Positions 1 to 10,936 of a stretch of 64,000 nucleotides of DNA are shown here, one piece after another. The position numbers and the translations under genes were made by a program. Numbering within the stretch: position 1 is the first letter of the stretch; every line of letters starts with the position of its first letter. Source of the DNA: an uncultured Acidobacteriota bacterium (lineage in GTDB: Bacteria; Acidobacteriota; UBA6911); assembly GCA_963827655.1 (NCBI GenBank), contig CAWHCF010000049.1, positions 64,001-128,000 on the forward strand, read 5' to 3'. The notes below the pieces were generated by a model. The model was not told the DNA's origin. It ran no database searches and saw nothing but the letters and a program-made list of their open reading frames with translations.

Positions 1-163
1 AGGGACTTCGCCGCTAGGAAACGAGGGCGCTTGGAAACACGCCGCGCCCCGGCAACCAGCGCGAGCGGCCGACCGCACCAATGGGCACCCCTTGAAATTG
101 TCTGGTCAACAAAAGATGATGTTGCCAGGTTGTAATAGGAAGAGAGGCCTGTAATTCATAAAA

Positions 164-655
164 ATGCGAAATAGATATTACCTGCTGGCCCTGTCGGTCT
201 TCATCCTGGATCACTTCACCAAATGGCTGGTGCGATCGCGGATGGAACTTCACGAAGCCATTGAGTTAATCCCGGGGTACGCCCGAATCTCATACGTCAG
301 GAACTCCGGCGTCGCTTTCGGGCTGTTTGCCGATATTCAATCGGTCTGGAAGCCCTACATCCTTGCCAGCATGGCCGTGATCGCCGTGGTGGTCATCTTG
401 ATGTACAGCGCCCGGATGCCATCGAACCGGGTCCTTTTGCAGCTTGCGCTGGCCATTACCCTCGGCGGTATTCTGGGAAACTTCACCGATCGAATCATGC
501 ATGGATTTGTGGTGGACTTCATCGAGCTCCATATCAAAGAAGTTTTTCATTGGCCTACCTTCAACGTTGCCGACAGCGCGATCACGATCGGAATAGCTCT
601 GCTCCTGGTGGATACCGTGAAGCATCCCGAGGTAGAGGAGACAGAAACCGCTTGA
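164..655 (+). CDS. lspA: Lipoprotein signal peptidase II
   Basis: Motifs NSGVAFG, GNFTDR, VVDFI and WPTFNVAD; four TM segments. Confidence 0.95.
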   Translation: MRNRYYLLALSVFILDHFTKWLVRSRMELHEAIELIPGYARISYVRNSGVAFGLFADIQSVWKPYILASMAVIAVVVILMYSARMPSNRVLLQLALAITLGGILGNFTDRIMHGFVVDFIELHIKEVFHWPTFNVADSAITIGIALLLVDTVKHPEVEETETA

Positions 656-1320
656 CCCTCCCTGACGTTGTCCTTGCACTTATCCTGGGGGCGGTACCAG
701 GACCGCCGAGGCTGGATCAAGCTTCGGACCAGGGGGTCGCCGCCGCCGTGGGCGGACTGCAGCGGCGCTACCAGTCCGTGCGCACCATTTCAGGAAAGTT
801 TACCCAGATCTACCGCGCGCCTGGTGTCGAGCAGATTGAATCGGGGATTCTGTCAATGAAAAAACCCGGTTTGATGCGCTGGGAATACCGTGAGCCCGAG
901 GTCAAGTTGTTTGTCGCGGACGGCCGCAGCACTTATCTTTATACCCCCGAAGATCGCCAGGTACTGGTGCGTCCCCTCAGTGATGCCGACCTGCGCAGCA
1001 CCCCCCTGCAGTTTCTGCTCGGCCAGGGAGACGTTTCGAAAAGTTTTAGCGCTTCATGGGAGAAAGAGGTTACACCCAGGATCGAGGGGACGCTCGTTCT
1101 CCGTCTCACTCCCCAAACCACACAGCCGGACTATGCATTCCTGGTACTTGAGCTCGATCAGCTCACTTTTGAACTGAGACGACTTGTAATCCGTGAGCTT
1201 ACCGCCAATACTTCGGAGTTTATCCTGACCGATCTGGCGACTAACGTGAAACTGGAAGACGGTCAGTTCAAGTTCAAGATCCCGAAGGGTGTCGAAGTCG
1301 TCCATGTAGAAGATAAGTGA
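652..1320 (+). CDS. lolA: Outer-membrane lipoprotein carrier protein
   Basis: KKPGLMRWEY...LFVADG and FKFKIPKGV. Start taken as TTG 652, which overlaps the lspA stop and follows GAGGAG. Confidence 0.85.
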   Translation: MTLPDVVLALILGAVPGPPRLDQASDQGVAAAVGGLQRRYQSVRTISGKFTQIYRAPGVEQIESGILSMKKPGLMRWEYREPEVKLFVADGRSTYLYTPEDRQVLVRPLSDADLRSTPLQFLLGQGDVSKSFSASWEKEVTPRIEGTLVLRLTPQTTQPDYAFLVLELDQLTFELRRLVIRELTANTSEFILTDLATNVKLEDGQFKFKIPKGVEVVHVEDK

Positions 1321-1332
1321 GTCCGCCCCCTT

Positions 1333-1580
1333 AGGGTTCGCGCGGAAATAAGTTCGCATTCTGCCGCACGGCCCCCAAACTGCTGGTGAGGTGCGAGCGA
1401 CGATGTGTAGGCGGAGCGGTACGTGAGGATGTGATGTCGACAAAGGCCAGCGGGCCTGTCGAGGCCGCGCCCGAAGGGGCGCGATCCTCGAGCGTACTTA
1501 GCGAACAGAAACCGGATTCCAGCTGTATTGACCGCCGGGCTCTCGCGCCAGAATGTGAAGTTACTTTCTGCGCGAGCCTT
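1333..1580. mobile_element. Non-autonomous MITE-like element of about 250 bp
   Basis: Imperfect TIRs of about 31 bp (AGGGTTCGCGCGGAAATAAGTTCGCATTCTG vs revcomp AAGGCTCGCGCAGAAAGTAACTTCACATTCTG), internal GC hairpins, no credible ORF. Confidence 0.75.
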
Positions 1581-1653
1581 TCAGGCCTCGCGGTAATCGT
1601 CATTAACCGCGACAGACTCTAAAACTACGCAGAAGCGCCAAAGGCCGAAACCA

Positions 1654-2436
1654 ATGGACCGGATCGACGAGTTTGCAAGAATCGGCACCGAAGCTGCGCT
1701 GGAGGCAGGCCGGCTCTTGATGCGGCACTTCCGCACGAACTTCTCCATCGCTCACAAGGGTGACATCAATATCGTGACCGAGCTTGACGTGGCCGCCGAA
1801 AAGCTTATCGTCTCGCGGATCCTGGACGCTTTTCCGGCCCACAGCGTTCTGGCCGAAGAGAGCCATCCGAATGCGGCGCGAACTCCGTTTACCTGGATTA
1901 TCGATCCTCTGGACGGCACCACCAACTATGCTCACGGCTTGCCGTTTTTTTGCGTCTCGGTCGGGCTGGAGATTGACGGTGAAGTGGAGTGGGGAATTGT
2001 CTACAACCCCAACCTCGAGGAGATTTTTACCGCGCGCCGCGGTCAGGGGGCTTTCTTGAATCATGAGCGAATTCAAGTATCGAAAGTCGGCCCACTCGGG
2101 GTCAGTCTTCTTGCCACGGGATTCCCTTACGACATAAGAACCAGCGAGCGCAATAACCTTAACTACTTCCGCGAATTCGCGCTCAGAGCGCAAGCCGTGC
2201 GCCGGGTCGGTTCCGCGGCCCTGGACCTCTGCTACGTCGGATGCGGAAGATTCGATGGTTTCTGGGAATTGAAGCTCAACCCATGGGACTGCGCGGCGGG
2301 CTGTCTCGTGGTTCAGGAGGGGGGTGGCCGGGTGACAGATTTTCGCGGAGAGCCATGCTCGATATATGACGAAGAGTGTGTGGCCAGCAACGTCATCATT
2401 CACGACGAAATGATTGCTGTTCTTCGTTCCGTTTAG
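1654..2436 (+). CDS. suhB: Inositol monophosphatase family protein
   Basis: WIIDPLDGTTNY, GSAALDLC and WDCAAG motifs. Confidence 0.92.
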   Translation: MDRIDEFARIGTEAALEAGRLLMRHFRTNFSIAHKGDINIVTELDVAAEKLIVSRILDAFPAHSVLAEESHPNAARTPFTWIIDPLDGTTNYAHGLPFFCVSVGLEIDGEVEWGIVYNPNLEEIFTARRGQGAFLNHERIQVSKVGPLGVSLLATGFPYDIRTSERNNLNYFREFALRAQAVRRVGSAALDLCYVGCGRFDGFWELKLNPWDCAAGCLVVQEGGGRVTDFRGEPCSIYDEECVASNVIIHDEMIAVLRSV

Positions 2437-2468
2437 TGTTTCTTCGTGTCTTTGCGTCTTCGTGGTTA
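2433..2468. repeat. Nonamer-array repeat arm (revcomp of ACCACGAAGACGCAAAGACACGAAGAAACACTAA)
   Basis: Matches arms at 10798, 12314, 15588, 20398 and 33675; contains the suhB TAG stop. Confidence 0.8.
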
Positions 2469-2532
2469 ATGCGTCGAAATTCACTGCCTTGACAATATCA
2501 CTGTTGAATGATTGACTCATGAGTTCAGCCAC

Positions 2533-2991
2533 ATGAAACTACGCGACCGAATCAACCAGGACCTGACCGCGGCCATGAAAGCCAGGGAGGCAGAGCGATT
2601 GAGCGTTCTGCGCATGGTGAAGACCGCGATCAAGAACAAGGAAATTGAATCTCTGGGCGAGCTGGATGACCTTCAAGCAGCTCAGGTTCTTTCGACCTTG
2701 ATCAAACAGCGCAAAGACTCTATCGAGCAGTTCAACCGGGGCGGCCGAACTGAACTAGCCGAGAAGGAAGCCGCTGAAATCACGATTATTGAACAGTACC
2801 TGCCCGCGGCGGTTTCCGACGTCGAAATCGAGGCCGTGGTCGACGAAGTCGTGCGAGCGACGGGCGCTTCATCACCGAAGGACATCGGCTCGGTGATGAA
2901 GCAGTGCATGACCCGGTTCGCCGGCAAGCGCGTGGATGGGAAGAAGGTGAGCGACCTGGTAAAACGACGGCTCGAAGCTCCTCAGACGTAA
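2533..2991 (+). CDS. GatB/YqeY domain protein
   Basis: DLTAAMKAREAERLSVLRMVK, KQRKDSIEQF..GGR and QYLP motifs. Confidence 0.92.
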   Translation: MKLRDRINQDLTAAMKAREAERLSVLRMVKTAIKNKEIESLGELDDLQAAQVLSTLIKQRKDSIEQFNRGGRTELAEKEAAEITIIEQYLPAAVSDVEIEAVVDEVVRATGASSPKDIGSVMKQCMTRFAGKRVDGKKVSDLVKRRLEAPQT

Positions 2992-3027
2992 GGCATTCAC
3001 CAGCGAACAGTCCAAAGAGTTGACTCC

Positions 3028-5554
3028 ATGCTATCGATTGGTTCACGCATTCTCTCCGTATCTCTGGTTTTCGCACTCTTTCCGGCGGTAGTGGCTCAAG
3101 TCAGGCTGGCGCGAGTCTCCGGCGCACCGGGCCGATTGACTAATGCCGCCACCGTCGTGCTTCAGCCCAGCGGGAATATCGGGTATGTAACCAACCCGGG
3201 CTCGGGCCTGGTCGAGAAATTCAGAACTATAACAGGCGATACGGTGGGTTCGACCCCCCTGCCTCAGGGAATCGGTCCGGCCACTCTCAGCCCGGACTCA
3301 AGAACACTCGCCGTCCTGGGGGTCACGAGTCAGAGACTATTTCTTATCAATACCGCCACGATGACCCTTCGCAACGAAGGGGGCTACACGCGTTCGGGAT
3401 TTACCGAGAGAAGCAACATTCTGTTCAGCCAGGACGGAAGCCGGATATTCGTCGCCGATCCTTCCCGGGATCACGTCGCGGTGTTCAATGCCTCGGACGC
3501 GACCGTAGTTCGTTTTCTGGCGGTGGGAATCGCTCCCAACATAATGTCTTTTTTCCCGGATGGTAGATCGGCCGCGGTTCTGTGCAGCGGTCGGCAACCC
3601 GGTGACCCCGAGAGTGTCTACGTCATCGATACTCTCAATGTAGTGGTAAGCGACTTCGGGCTTTTCGCCGGCCAGAATGCTGAAGCCTTCAATAATGTCC
3701 AGTTCGCCCTCGAGCGGAACATTCTTTTCGTGCCGGGATACAACGATAACCGGATTACCGTGTTTGATCTGCGCAGCGGGAGCGTGGGAAGCCGATCAAG
3801 CTACGGCCGGGGTCCCAGCAAGATCTTGACTTCCCCCGATGGCAGGTGGCTGGCGGTCCTGAATGTTCTGAGCAAAACCGTCGTTGTGCTCAGCCTGCCG
3901 GAAGCTCTTCTGGCTCGAGAGATATCAATACCCGACCTGGACCTTACGGTCGATTCAACTCCGGCTTTCAGCTCCGACAGCAGGACGCTGTTCATTCCTT
4001 CAGTGGCCACGGGAGAACTGATCGTCTATGACATCGAAAACTCCAGCATCCGGCGGCGGGTCAGAGTAGGCGAGCGGCCGGTCTCGCTGGTCTCGAATCG
4101 GGAGAGCGCCACGGTGGCGTCGCTCGACGTCGGGAGCAATGAAGTAAGCATTGTGGCGCTTTCGCCCAACGCGTTTTACATCCCTCACCTGGTCCAGAGC
4201 CCGAATGAATTCAGCGGCATTGCCCTGGCCAACTTTGGCCCTGAGGTGGTCAACATAGCCCTGGTTGCGCGAAGCAACTCAGGTTCATTGTTGCCGGGAA
4301 CCACGAACCCCCGTCTTCTGACCCTTGCCGCGGGGAATCAGACGTCGCTTGTCGTGGGTCAGATATTTGGTTTCAACCCGGCGCAGACCCTGGATGGGTG
4401 GATTGAAGCCTATACCCTGGGGAACGCAGTCTCCGCCTTGTATCTTTTCGGCAACAATTCGCAGACTCAGCTCGATGGATTTGTCGCGGACGCAGCTACC
4501 AGCAGGGTACTGGGTTTTTCGCGCATAACGGAGTTGGCGCCGAGATTCGGCAGCCAGACCTCGACCGAGATCGTTGTAATCAATCCGAACGACGCGCCTG
4601 CAGAAGTGGTCTTCCGCTTGTACGGCGCGACGCCGCAGGGTCCCGGAAGCGTGATCGCCAGCGCCACGATCGTCCTGACTCCCCGAAGCCGGCTGAGCAA
4701 CCGGCTCTCTTCGCTTCTGCCCCTGGTTGTCTATCCGCTCGAGAAAGGGTATCTGGAAGTTACCTCGAATTTGCCGGTCCAGGGACTGGAAGTCGTCAAG
4801 ATCGGCGATTCGACGGCGATGATCGCCGCAAAAGTTCGAGGGATAACCGAAACCCAGTTTTACTCCGCTCAGTTTGCGACGGGCGGCAGCGGCGTTTTTG
4901 AATCGCCGATCTTCTCGAGCCTGAGTCTCTGCAATACGTCTCCGGCTCCGATCACGATTACGGTTCGGGTCGCCGGAGACGGCGGTCAAACTATTCCGGC
5001 CTGATTCCATGCCCATGGTAAGAACGCTCCAACCCTATGAAACTCTCGCCGGGGGCTCTGACGAAATTCTGGACTTTCCCAATCCGCTGTCGAGTCCGGC
5101 GCTTTTCGTGGGGAGCTTGACCGTAACGGCGGATGGTCCGGGCCTGATTGGCGATCTGCTCTTCGGTGACGCCCGCAACGGCAAGTACCTGACGGCTTAC
5201 TCGCTGCAGCAGCGTGCCGGTACGAGATCCTACTTCGCGCACTTCGCGGAGGGTCTGTTCGGGGATCCCCCCCGGGGCCTCTTTACCGGCCTCGCGTTCT
5301 ATAATAATACGCGAGATCAGGTCGCCGAGATTCTGGTCGAGGCCTATTCACCCCAGAACTTGCCCATCGGTCGTGCGGATTTCACGCTCGCCGCCGGTAG
5401 ACGTCTATCACGCACGCTGTCAGAACTGATCCCGTCAATCACTCAGCAGAACGGAGGCACCGTTCGCGTTACGAGCACCGTTCCACTTCTCGTCTTCCAG
5501 GTTTTTGGCAGTTCCGAATCCCTCGTCGCGGTACCCCCTTTGATCCTCCCATAG
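3028..5554 (+). CDS. Secreted YVTN/YncE-type beta-propeller protein with repeated C-terminal beta domains; split by a frameshift near 5004
   Basis: Signal peptide; repeated SPDGR/SQDG blades; ORF 5009-5554 continues the same repeat domain. Confidence 0.7.
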
Positions 5555-5670
5555 AAGCTTAAGACGCAATCAGCCTCGCTCCCCCGTCGGAACAAAACCA
5601 ACTACCAAGACGCGAAGAAACCCGGATCTTTATATATAATTACTGATTTACTGGCTGGTTGAGGATGATT

Positions 5671-7494
5671 GTGATCCCGGAGAACTTGAGAGCGAAACTG
5701 GAGAATCTTCCTTCATCTCCGGGCGTCTACCTCTACAAAGACGACAAGGGGAAGACAATCTACGTGGGAAAGGCGCGCTCGTTGCGTAGCCGCGTCCGTA
5801 CTTACTTCCAGGAATCTCGTCCGTTCGACGTAAAAACCGAGAAACTGGTTTCGGAGACCGCAGACCTCGAATGCATCGTTACAGATAACGAGGTCGAGGC
5901 GCTGATACTGGAATCCACTCTGGTCAAGAAGAACCAGCCTCGATACAACGTCAATCTGAAAGATGACAAAAGCTTCCCGTACTTGAAACTCACGGTTAAT
6001 GAACCCTACCCAAGAATTTTTATCACGCGCCGGATCAAGAAGGACGGCGCGCTTTACTTCGGCCCTTTTCTGCCGGCCAGCTATGCGCGCGAAACCATGA
6101 AGCTGGTAAACAAATACTTCAAGCTGCGCACTTGCAATCTTGAGATCGACGGCACTCTTCCTCGTCCTTGTCTCGATTACCAGATGAAACGCTGCCTGGG
6201 TCCTTGCGTGCGAGGTCTGTGCACCAGCGAGGAATACAGCCGCGCAGTGGGAGACGTAAAGCTGCTGCTCTCCGGAAAAACGGATGAGCTGATCCGGCAA
6301 CTGCAGCGGCGGATGAACGAGGCGGCCGACAACCTTTACTATGAGGCCGCAGCCATGTATCGCGACTGGATCGCGATGGTTCGTGAAATGTCCGAGCGGC
6401 AGAAGATGATTCTCGAGGGGCAGGACGACACGGATCTCTTTGGTTATTTTCAGGAAGGAAGCCGCCTGGCCCTGGAGGTATTCGCGATGCGGGGCGGCCG
6501 CGTCGTGGGCCGGCGCGAGTTCTACTGGGAGGATCTGCTGTCCTTCGATCCGAACGAGTTCTTTTCATCGGCGTTGAAGCAGTACTATCTGCAAGACACC
6601 TTCACCCCCAAGGAAATCTTTATCCCTGTAGATATCGAGGACGCGGAGGTGCTTGAAGCATGGCTGACCGAGAGGAAGGGGAGCCGCGTTCATGTGTGCT
6701 CTCCCAAGCGGGGCCTCAAGGCCGGTTTGCTCGATCTGGTCATGCGAAACGCCAGCATGTCCTTCGAAACGCGCTTCCGCATCCTGAAACCGAAGGGTGA
6801 GGAGGTCCTGAAGCCCTTGCAGGAGGCGCTGGGTCTCGATGCTCTTCCGCGGCGCGTTGAAACCTTCGACATTTCGCATGTTCAAGGAAGCGACACGGTC
6901 GCCAGCATGGTGGTTTGCGAGAACGGCCAGATGAGAAAGGCCGAATACCGCAAGTTCAAGATCGAAAGCGTGAAGGGACCCGACGATTTTGCCTCGATGC
7001 GGGAAGTGGTTCACCGCCGTTACGAAAGCCTCTTGGAGGAGGATGAGGGAAAGTTACCGGATCTGATTCTCATCGACGGTGGCAGGGGCCAGCTTTCTGC
7101 GGCGGTGGCGGCGTTGGATGATCTGGGCCTCGAAAATCAGGCCGTGGCCGCAATCGCCAAGAAAGAGGAAGTCCTGTTTGTGAAGGGGAGGGAAGATCAC
7201 CCGATCGAGCTACCGCGGGAATCGGCGGTGCTTCACCTGATCCAGACCATGCGCGATGAAGCCCACCGGTTCGCCGTCAGCTATCACCGCAGACGGCGCG
7301 AAATGCGTGATCTGACGTCCGAGCTGGATGAGATCCCTGGAATCGGCGAGGTGCGCAAGAAAGTGCTCCTGCGCGCATTTGGCAGCCTCGAGCGCGTCCG
7401 GCAGGCGAAGTACGAGGAACTGGCGCCCTACGTCGGACCGAGGGCTGCGGCTCAAATCCTGGAATATTTCAAAGCAGCAGGCAGCAGGCAGTAA
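5671..7494 (+). CDS. uvrC: Excinuclease ABC subunit C
   Basis: GIY-YIG (PGVY..IYVGKA), Cys cluster, FDISH, DGGRGQ and HhH (IPGIG). Confidence 0.96.
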   Translation: MIPENLRAKLENLPSSPGVYLYKDDKGKTIYVGKARSLRSRVRTYFQESRPFDVKTEKLVSETADLECIVTDNEVEALILESTLVKKNQPRYNVNLKDDKSFPYLKLTVNEPYPRIFITRRIKKDGALYFGPFLPASYARETMKLVNKYFKLRTCNLEIDGTLPRPCLDYQMKRCLGPCVRGLCTSEEYSRAVGDVKLLLSGKTDELIRQLQRRMNEAADNLYYEAAAMYRDWIAMVREMSERQKMILEGQDDTDLFGYFQEGSRLALEVFAMRGGRVVGRREFYWEDLLSFDPNEFFSSALKQYYLQDTFTPKEIFIPVDIEDAEVLEAWLTERKGSRVHVCSPKRGLKAGLLDLVMRNASMSFETRFRILKPKGEEVLKPLQEALGLDALPRRVETFDISHVQGSDTVASMVVCENGQMRKAEYRKFKIESVKGPDDFASMREVVHRRYESLLEEDEGKLPDLILIDGGRGQLSAAVAALDDLGLENQAVAAIAKKEEVLFVKGREDHPIELPRESAVLHLIQTMRDEAHRFAVSYHRRRREMRDLTSELDEIPGIGEVRKKVLLRAFGSLERVRQAKYEELAPYVGPRAAAQILEYFKAAGSRQ

Positions 7495-7629
7495 AGTAAG
7501 TAAAAAGTGCCAGTATAAGGGGCAGTGCGAACTTGCGTCTCCTAACTGAAGCCGTGCTGTTTTGGTCGTGATTTCAAACAGTAACAGTAAGCAGCCAAAA
7601 ATCTGCCTACTGCTTACTGCCTACTGCTA
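7474..7629. repeat. Inverted heptamer arrays (GCAGYAR / YTACTGC) between convergent genes
   Basis: GCAGCAG-GCAGCAG-GCAGTAA at 7474-7494 and CTGCCTACTGCTTACTGCCTACTGCTA at 7603-7629; the arrays contain both stop codons. Confidence 0.8.
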
Positions 7630-8667
7630 CACGACGCTGTAGTCCGTGACCGTCGTCTTGTCTCCTATGACGGTGCCGGGACGAAGGCGCGCTCCTTCGC
7701 CGATGTGGCATTGCCGGCCGACGATGGCGCGCTCGATCCGCGCGCCGCCGCGAATGCGCGTTCCGCTCCAGATCACCGAGTCGCGGATGAGGGTTCCTTC
7801 CTCCACGCGACAGTCTTCGCCCAGCACGGAATTCTCAATCACGACTCCTGCTTTTATCACGCACCCGCCGTCCAGGATCGAGAAGTTGTCGATCTGTACC
7901 TGGCTCTTGTCCCAGTGATTCGGCTGGCTGAATTTCAGAGGGTAGCCGGGGAATCTCATCCGGCCGGAAATCAGCCCGAAATGCGCCTCCAGATACTTCT
8001 GAGGACTTCCGATGTCCTGCCAGTAGCCGCGGGTCAGGTATGCATAAAAGCGGGCTCCCTCCTGGAGCAACTGCGGGAAAACATCGCGCTCAAAACTGCG
8101 CGGATCGTGATTCGGAATGCGCTCGAGGACTGACGGCTCGAGGATGTAAATTCCTGCGTTGATAGTATCCCCGATGATCTCATCTTCAGGCGGTTTCTCG
8201 GTGAACCGCAGAACGCGTCCTTCGGGTCCCGTCTCGACCAGTCCGTATCCGGTCGGGTTCATAACCCGGGTCATGACGATGGTGGCGTCAGCGCTTCGGT
8301 CTCGATGGTACTGGATTACGCTGCACAGGTCCGCGTCGGTCAGCACATCTCCGTTGAGCACAACGGTCGTGTCGTCGATCAGGTGTCCCGCGCCTCTGAG
8401 CGCTCCGGCAGTTCCCCGAGGGAGATCCTCGTGAGTGTAGCGCATTGTGACGCCATAGTTGAGACCGTCGCCGAAGAGGTCTTCGATCTTTCGGGGTTGG
8501 TAAGAAAGACTGAGAATGATCTCGGTGATCTTAGCCCGCTTTATGTGGTCAATCTGAAAAAAGAGAAAAGGAATGTTCGCCAGGGGAACAATAGGCTTTG
8601 GGGTGTGCAGCGTTAACGGGCGCAACCGCGCTCCTTTTCCGCCTGCGAGAATGAAAGCCTTGATCAT
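7627..8667 (-). CDS. NDP-sugar synthase (mannose-1-phosphate guanylyltransferase-like) with left-handed beta-helix C-terminus
   Basis: ILAGGKGARLRPLT..PKP, NGDV, EKP, INAGIY and WQDIG motifs; hexapeptide tail. Confidence 0.88.
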   Translation of the reverse strand: MIKAFILAGGKGARLRPLTLHTPKPIVPLANIPFLFFQIDHIKRAKITEIILSLSYQPRKIEDLFGDGLNYGVTMRYTHEDLPRGTAGALRGAGHLIDDTTVVLNGDVLTDADLCSVIQYHRDRSADATIVMTRVMNPTGYGLVETGPEGRVLRFTEKPPEDEIIGDTINAGIYILEPSVLERIPNHDPRSFERDVFPQLLQEGARFYAYLTRGYWQDIGSPQKYLEAHFGLISGRMRFPGYPLKFSQPNHWDKSQVQIDNFSILDGGCVIKAGVVIENSVLGEDCRVEEGTLIRDSVIWSGTRIRGGARIERAIVGRQCHIGEGARLRPGTVIGDKTTVTDYSVV

Positions 8668-8756
8668 GTTCCTGGGTCCGCCAAAAAAACACGAAATCTT
8701 ATCACATCCCAGTTTGGCAAGTGGTCAAAACTGCGGGCGTTCTGTATGATGTAGGC

Positions 8757-9890
8757 ATGCGTTTCCAAGGCCTCCACCTGGTTCGCGTTTGGGGCATCCA
8801 GATCGTCATCGACTACTCCTGGTTCCTGGTGTTTTTCCTGCTGAGCTACACAATGTCTCAAAGCTACTTCCCCCAGGTGCACAAGGAGTTCACGACTCCT
8901 CAATACTGGATGATGGGGATGATTACCGCTCTTCTTGTATTCCTTTCAGTTCTGGTCCACGAGTTGTCCCATTCATTCGTCGCTCTAAAACAGGGAATCC
9001 GAGTCAGCAGCATCCGGCTCTTCATTTTCGGCGGCGTGGCGCAGATTGAATCAGAACCCAGCTCGGGCCGCCACGAGTTCCTCATCGCCCTGGCCGGGCC
9101 GGCCACCAGCATGGCGCTGGCTTTTCTCTTTGGCGCGACTTACCTGGTCCTGAGCATCCGTGGAGGGTTGGCGCCGGCGGCGGCTGTTTCCTTGCACTTA
9201 TCCTACGCGAACCTCCTTCTGGTCTTGTTTAACCTGATCCCGGGATTCCCTCTCGACGGCGGGCGTATCCTGCGGGCAATTCTGTGGGATCGATGGAATG
9301 ATGCGGCGCGAGCGACCAGGGTAGTCAGCCAGATCGGGAGCGCCTTTGCGCTCTTTTTGATGATCCTGGGAGCGCTGCAGGCCTTCGTCGCTCAGAACTT
9401 GATTTCGGGAATCTGGCTGATCTTCATCGGGCTGTTCATGAAGCAAGCCGCAGTCGGCAGCTATCAGACGGTCGCGCTCAGGCAAGCGCTTGTTGGCGTA
9501 CGGGTCCAGGACGTCATGAGGAAAAACCTGGTTTCGGTGGAGTGGCTGACTTCGGTGGATCAACTGGTGCGGGACTATGTTTACAAGCATCAATTCACGA
9601 ATTTCCCGGTATTTGACCGGGACGAGTTTGTCGGGATGGTCTCGCTGGCAGAGGTAAAAGGCGTGCCCAAAGAACTCTGGGCTTTCAAACAAATAAGAGA
9701 CATCATGACACCCGCCGAACAGCTGGTAACCTTGAAGCCGACAGACGACGTGTCGGAAGCTCTGAGCCGCATGATCATGGCTGATACGGGGCGCCTGGCG
9801 GTGATTGAGGAGGGCCGTCTGGTCGGGATCGTTTCGCGCGGCGATATCATGAATCTCTTCAAGATTAAGTCGGATCTGGGAATGGCCTGA
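8757..9890 (+). CDS. Site-2 protease (M50) with CBS pair
   Basis: HELSH and FNLIPGFPLDGG motifs; two C-terminal CBS domains. Confidence 0.92.
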   Translation: MRFQGLHLVRVWGIQIVIDYSWFLVFFLLSYTMSQSYFPQVHKEFTTPQYWMMGMITALLVFLSVLVHELSHSFVALKQGIRVSSIRLFIFGGVAQIESEPSSGRHEFLIALAGPATSMALAFLFGATYLVLSIRGGLAPAAAVSLHLSYANLLLVLFNLIPGFPLDGGRILRAILWDRWNDAARATRVVSQIGSAFALFLMILGALQAFVAQNLISGIWLIFIGLFMKQAAVGSYQTVALRQALVGVRVQDVMRKNLVSVEWLTSVDQLVRDYVYKHQFTNFPVFDRDEFVGMVSLAEVKGVPKELWAFKQIRDIMTPAEQLVTLKPTDDVSEALSRMIMADTGRLAVIEEGRLVGIVSRGDIMNLFKIKSDLGMA

Positions 9891-9933
9891 GACGTCCCGC
9901 TTGTTGATCTCCTTGGCTGGTGGAGAGCGCTCG

Positions 9934-10773
9934 ATGGTCAAGTCTATCCTGCTTCCATTGCTCGAAGGATCAACCAGTGAGAGTGCGCGTGAGTACGCTT
10001 TCTGGCTGGCCCAAAAACAGGCGGGTCAAATACACGGCCTCGGCCTGATCGACGTCAAGTCGTTTGAAATCCCCGTCATGGGCACGCCCGATGGATTCAT
10101 GCCTGCCGTGGTAACCCCTCCCCTCCAGGAAAGCCAGAAACTTTTGAACGAGATGAGCGCTCAGGCCCGGGAACGCCTGGAGCAACTGGGCAAAGAGTGC
10201 GGGACCAAAGGAATTCCTTGCAGTACCGACCTCAGGATAGGCATTCCCGGTGAAATCGTCACGCGCGAGGCGGTGGCGCACGACATTGTAGTTCTGGCTC
10301 GCGCAACCTACGGCGGCCCTGAAAGGCGGCTGGATGCCCTGGTTCCAGGCGTGATTCGGGGCTCGATTCGGCCGGTCCTGGTAGCCGGCGGCTCGTTTCG
10401 AAACATTCGTCATATTCTGATTGCTTACGATGGCAGCGTCCATGCCGCGCGCGCTCTTTTGATTGCGGCGGAGCTTGGCGCGCTGGCTGAAATCCGAAGC
10501 ACGCTGGTAAACATTGCCGGTTCTGAAGAGGCCGGGCAGGAGACGCTGGCTCCGGCCGAGGCATACTTATCGCATCATGGGGTGAGCCCCCGGAAGAAAG
10601 TGCTCGCCGGCACGCGGCCGTCCGATCTCATCTGTGAAATTGTGACCAGTTCGGAAGCAGATCTCCTGGTCATGGGAGCCTACGGTCATAGCCCCATTCG
10701 AGAAATGCTATTCGGCAGTACCACTGAGAGGGTTTTGTCGCACTGCGGCTCCTCGGTGGTGCTTCAGTCCTGA
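9934..10773 (+). CDS. Universal stress protein (tandem USP)
   Basis: AYDGS and LLVMGAYGHS...FGSTTERVL motifs. Confidence 0.9.
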   Translation: MVKSILLPLLEGSTSESAREYAFWLAQKQAGQIHGLGLIDVKSFEIPVMGTPDGFMPAVVTPPLQESQKLLNEMSAQARERLEQLGKECGTKGIPCSTDLRIGIPGEIVTREAVAHDIVVLARATYGGPERRLDALVPGVIRGSIRPVLVAGGSFRNIRHILIAYDGSVHAARALLIAAELGALAEIRSTLVNIAGSEEAGQETLAPAEAYLSHHGVSPRKKVLAGTRPSDLICEIVTSSEADLLVMGAYGHSPIREMLFGSTTERVLSHCGSSVVLQS

Positions 10774-10776
10774 TTG

Positions 10777-10875
10777 CTTCGCGGTTGTCTAACAAATACC
10801 ACCAAGACTCAATGACACGAAGAAACACCAAGAATCTTGCCAAACCTAGTAATACGAAGACTCGAAGTGACACAA
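10777..10875. repeat. Nonamer-array repeat
   Basis: AACAAATACCACCAAGACTCAATGACACGAAGAAACACCAAG. Confidence 0.75.
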
Positions 10876-10936
10876 CGCGGTCTGTGGCCGCAGCCAGAGT
10901 TGGTGTTTAGAATTTGGTTGTGGTAAAAGAGAAGCG

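Noticed and set aside
1654-2436. suhB as part of a myo-inositol oxygenation route feeding the glucuronokinase
   Set aside because: It lies 10 kb away, looks like an ordinary SuhB, and no inositol oxygenase is visible.
5002-5004. TGA as selenocysteine or readthrough
   Set aside because: The downstream coding sequence is in another frame, so this is a frameshift, not readthrough.
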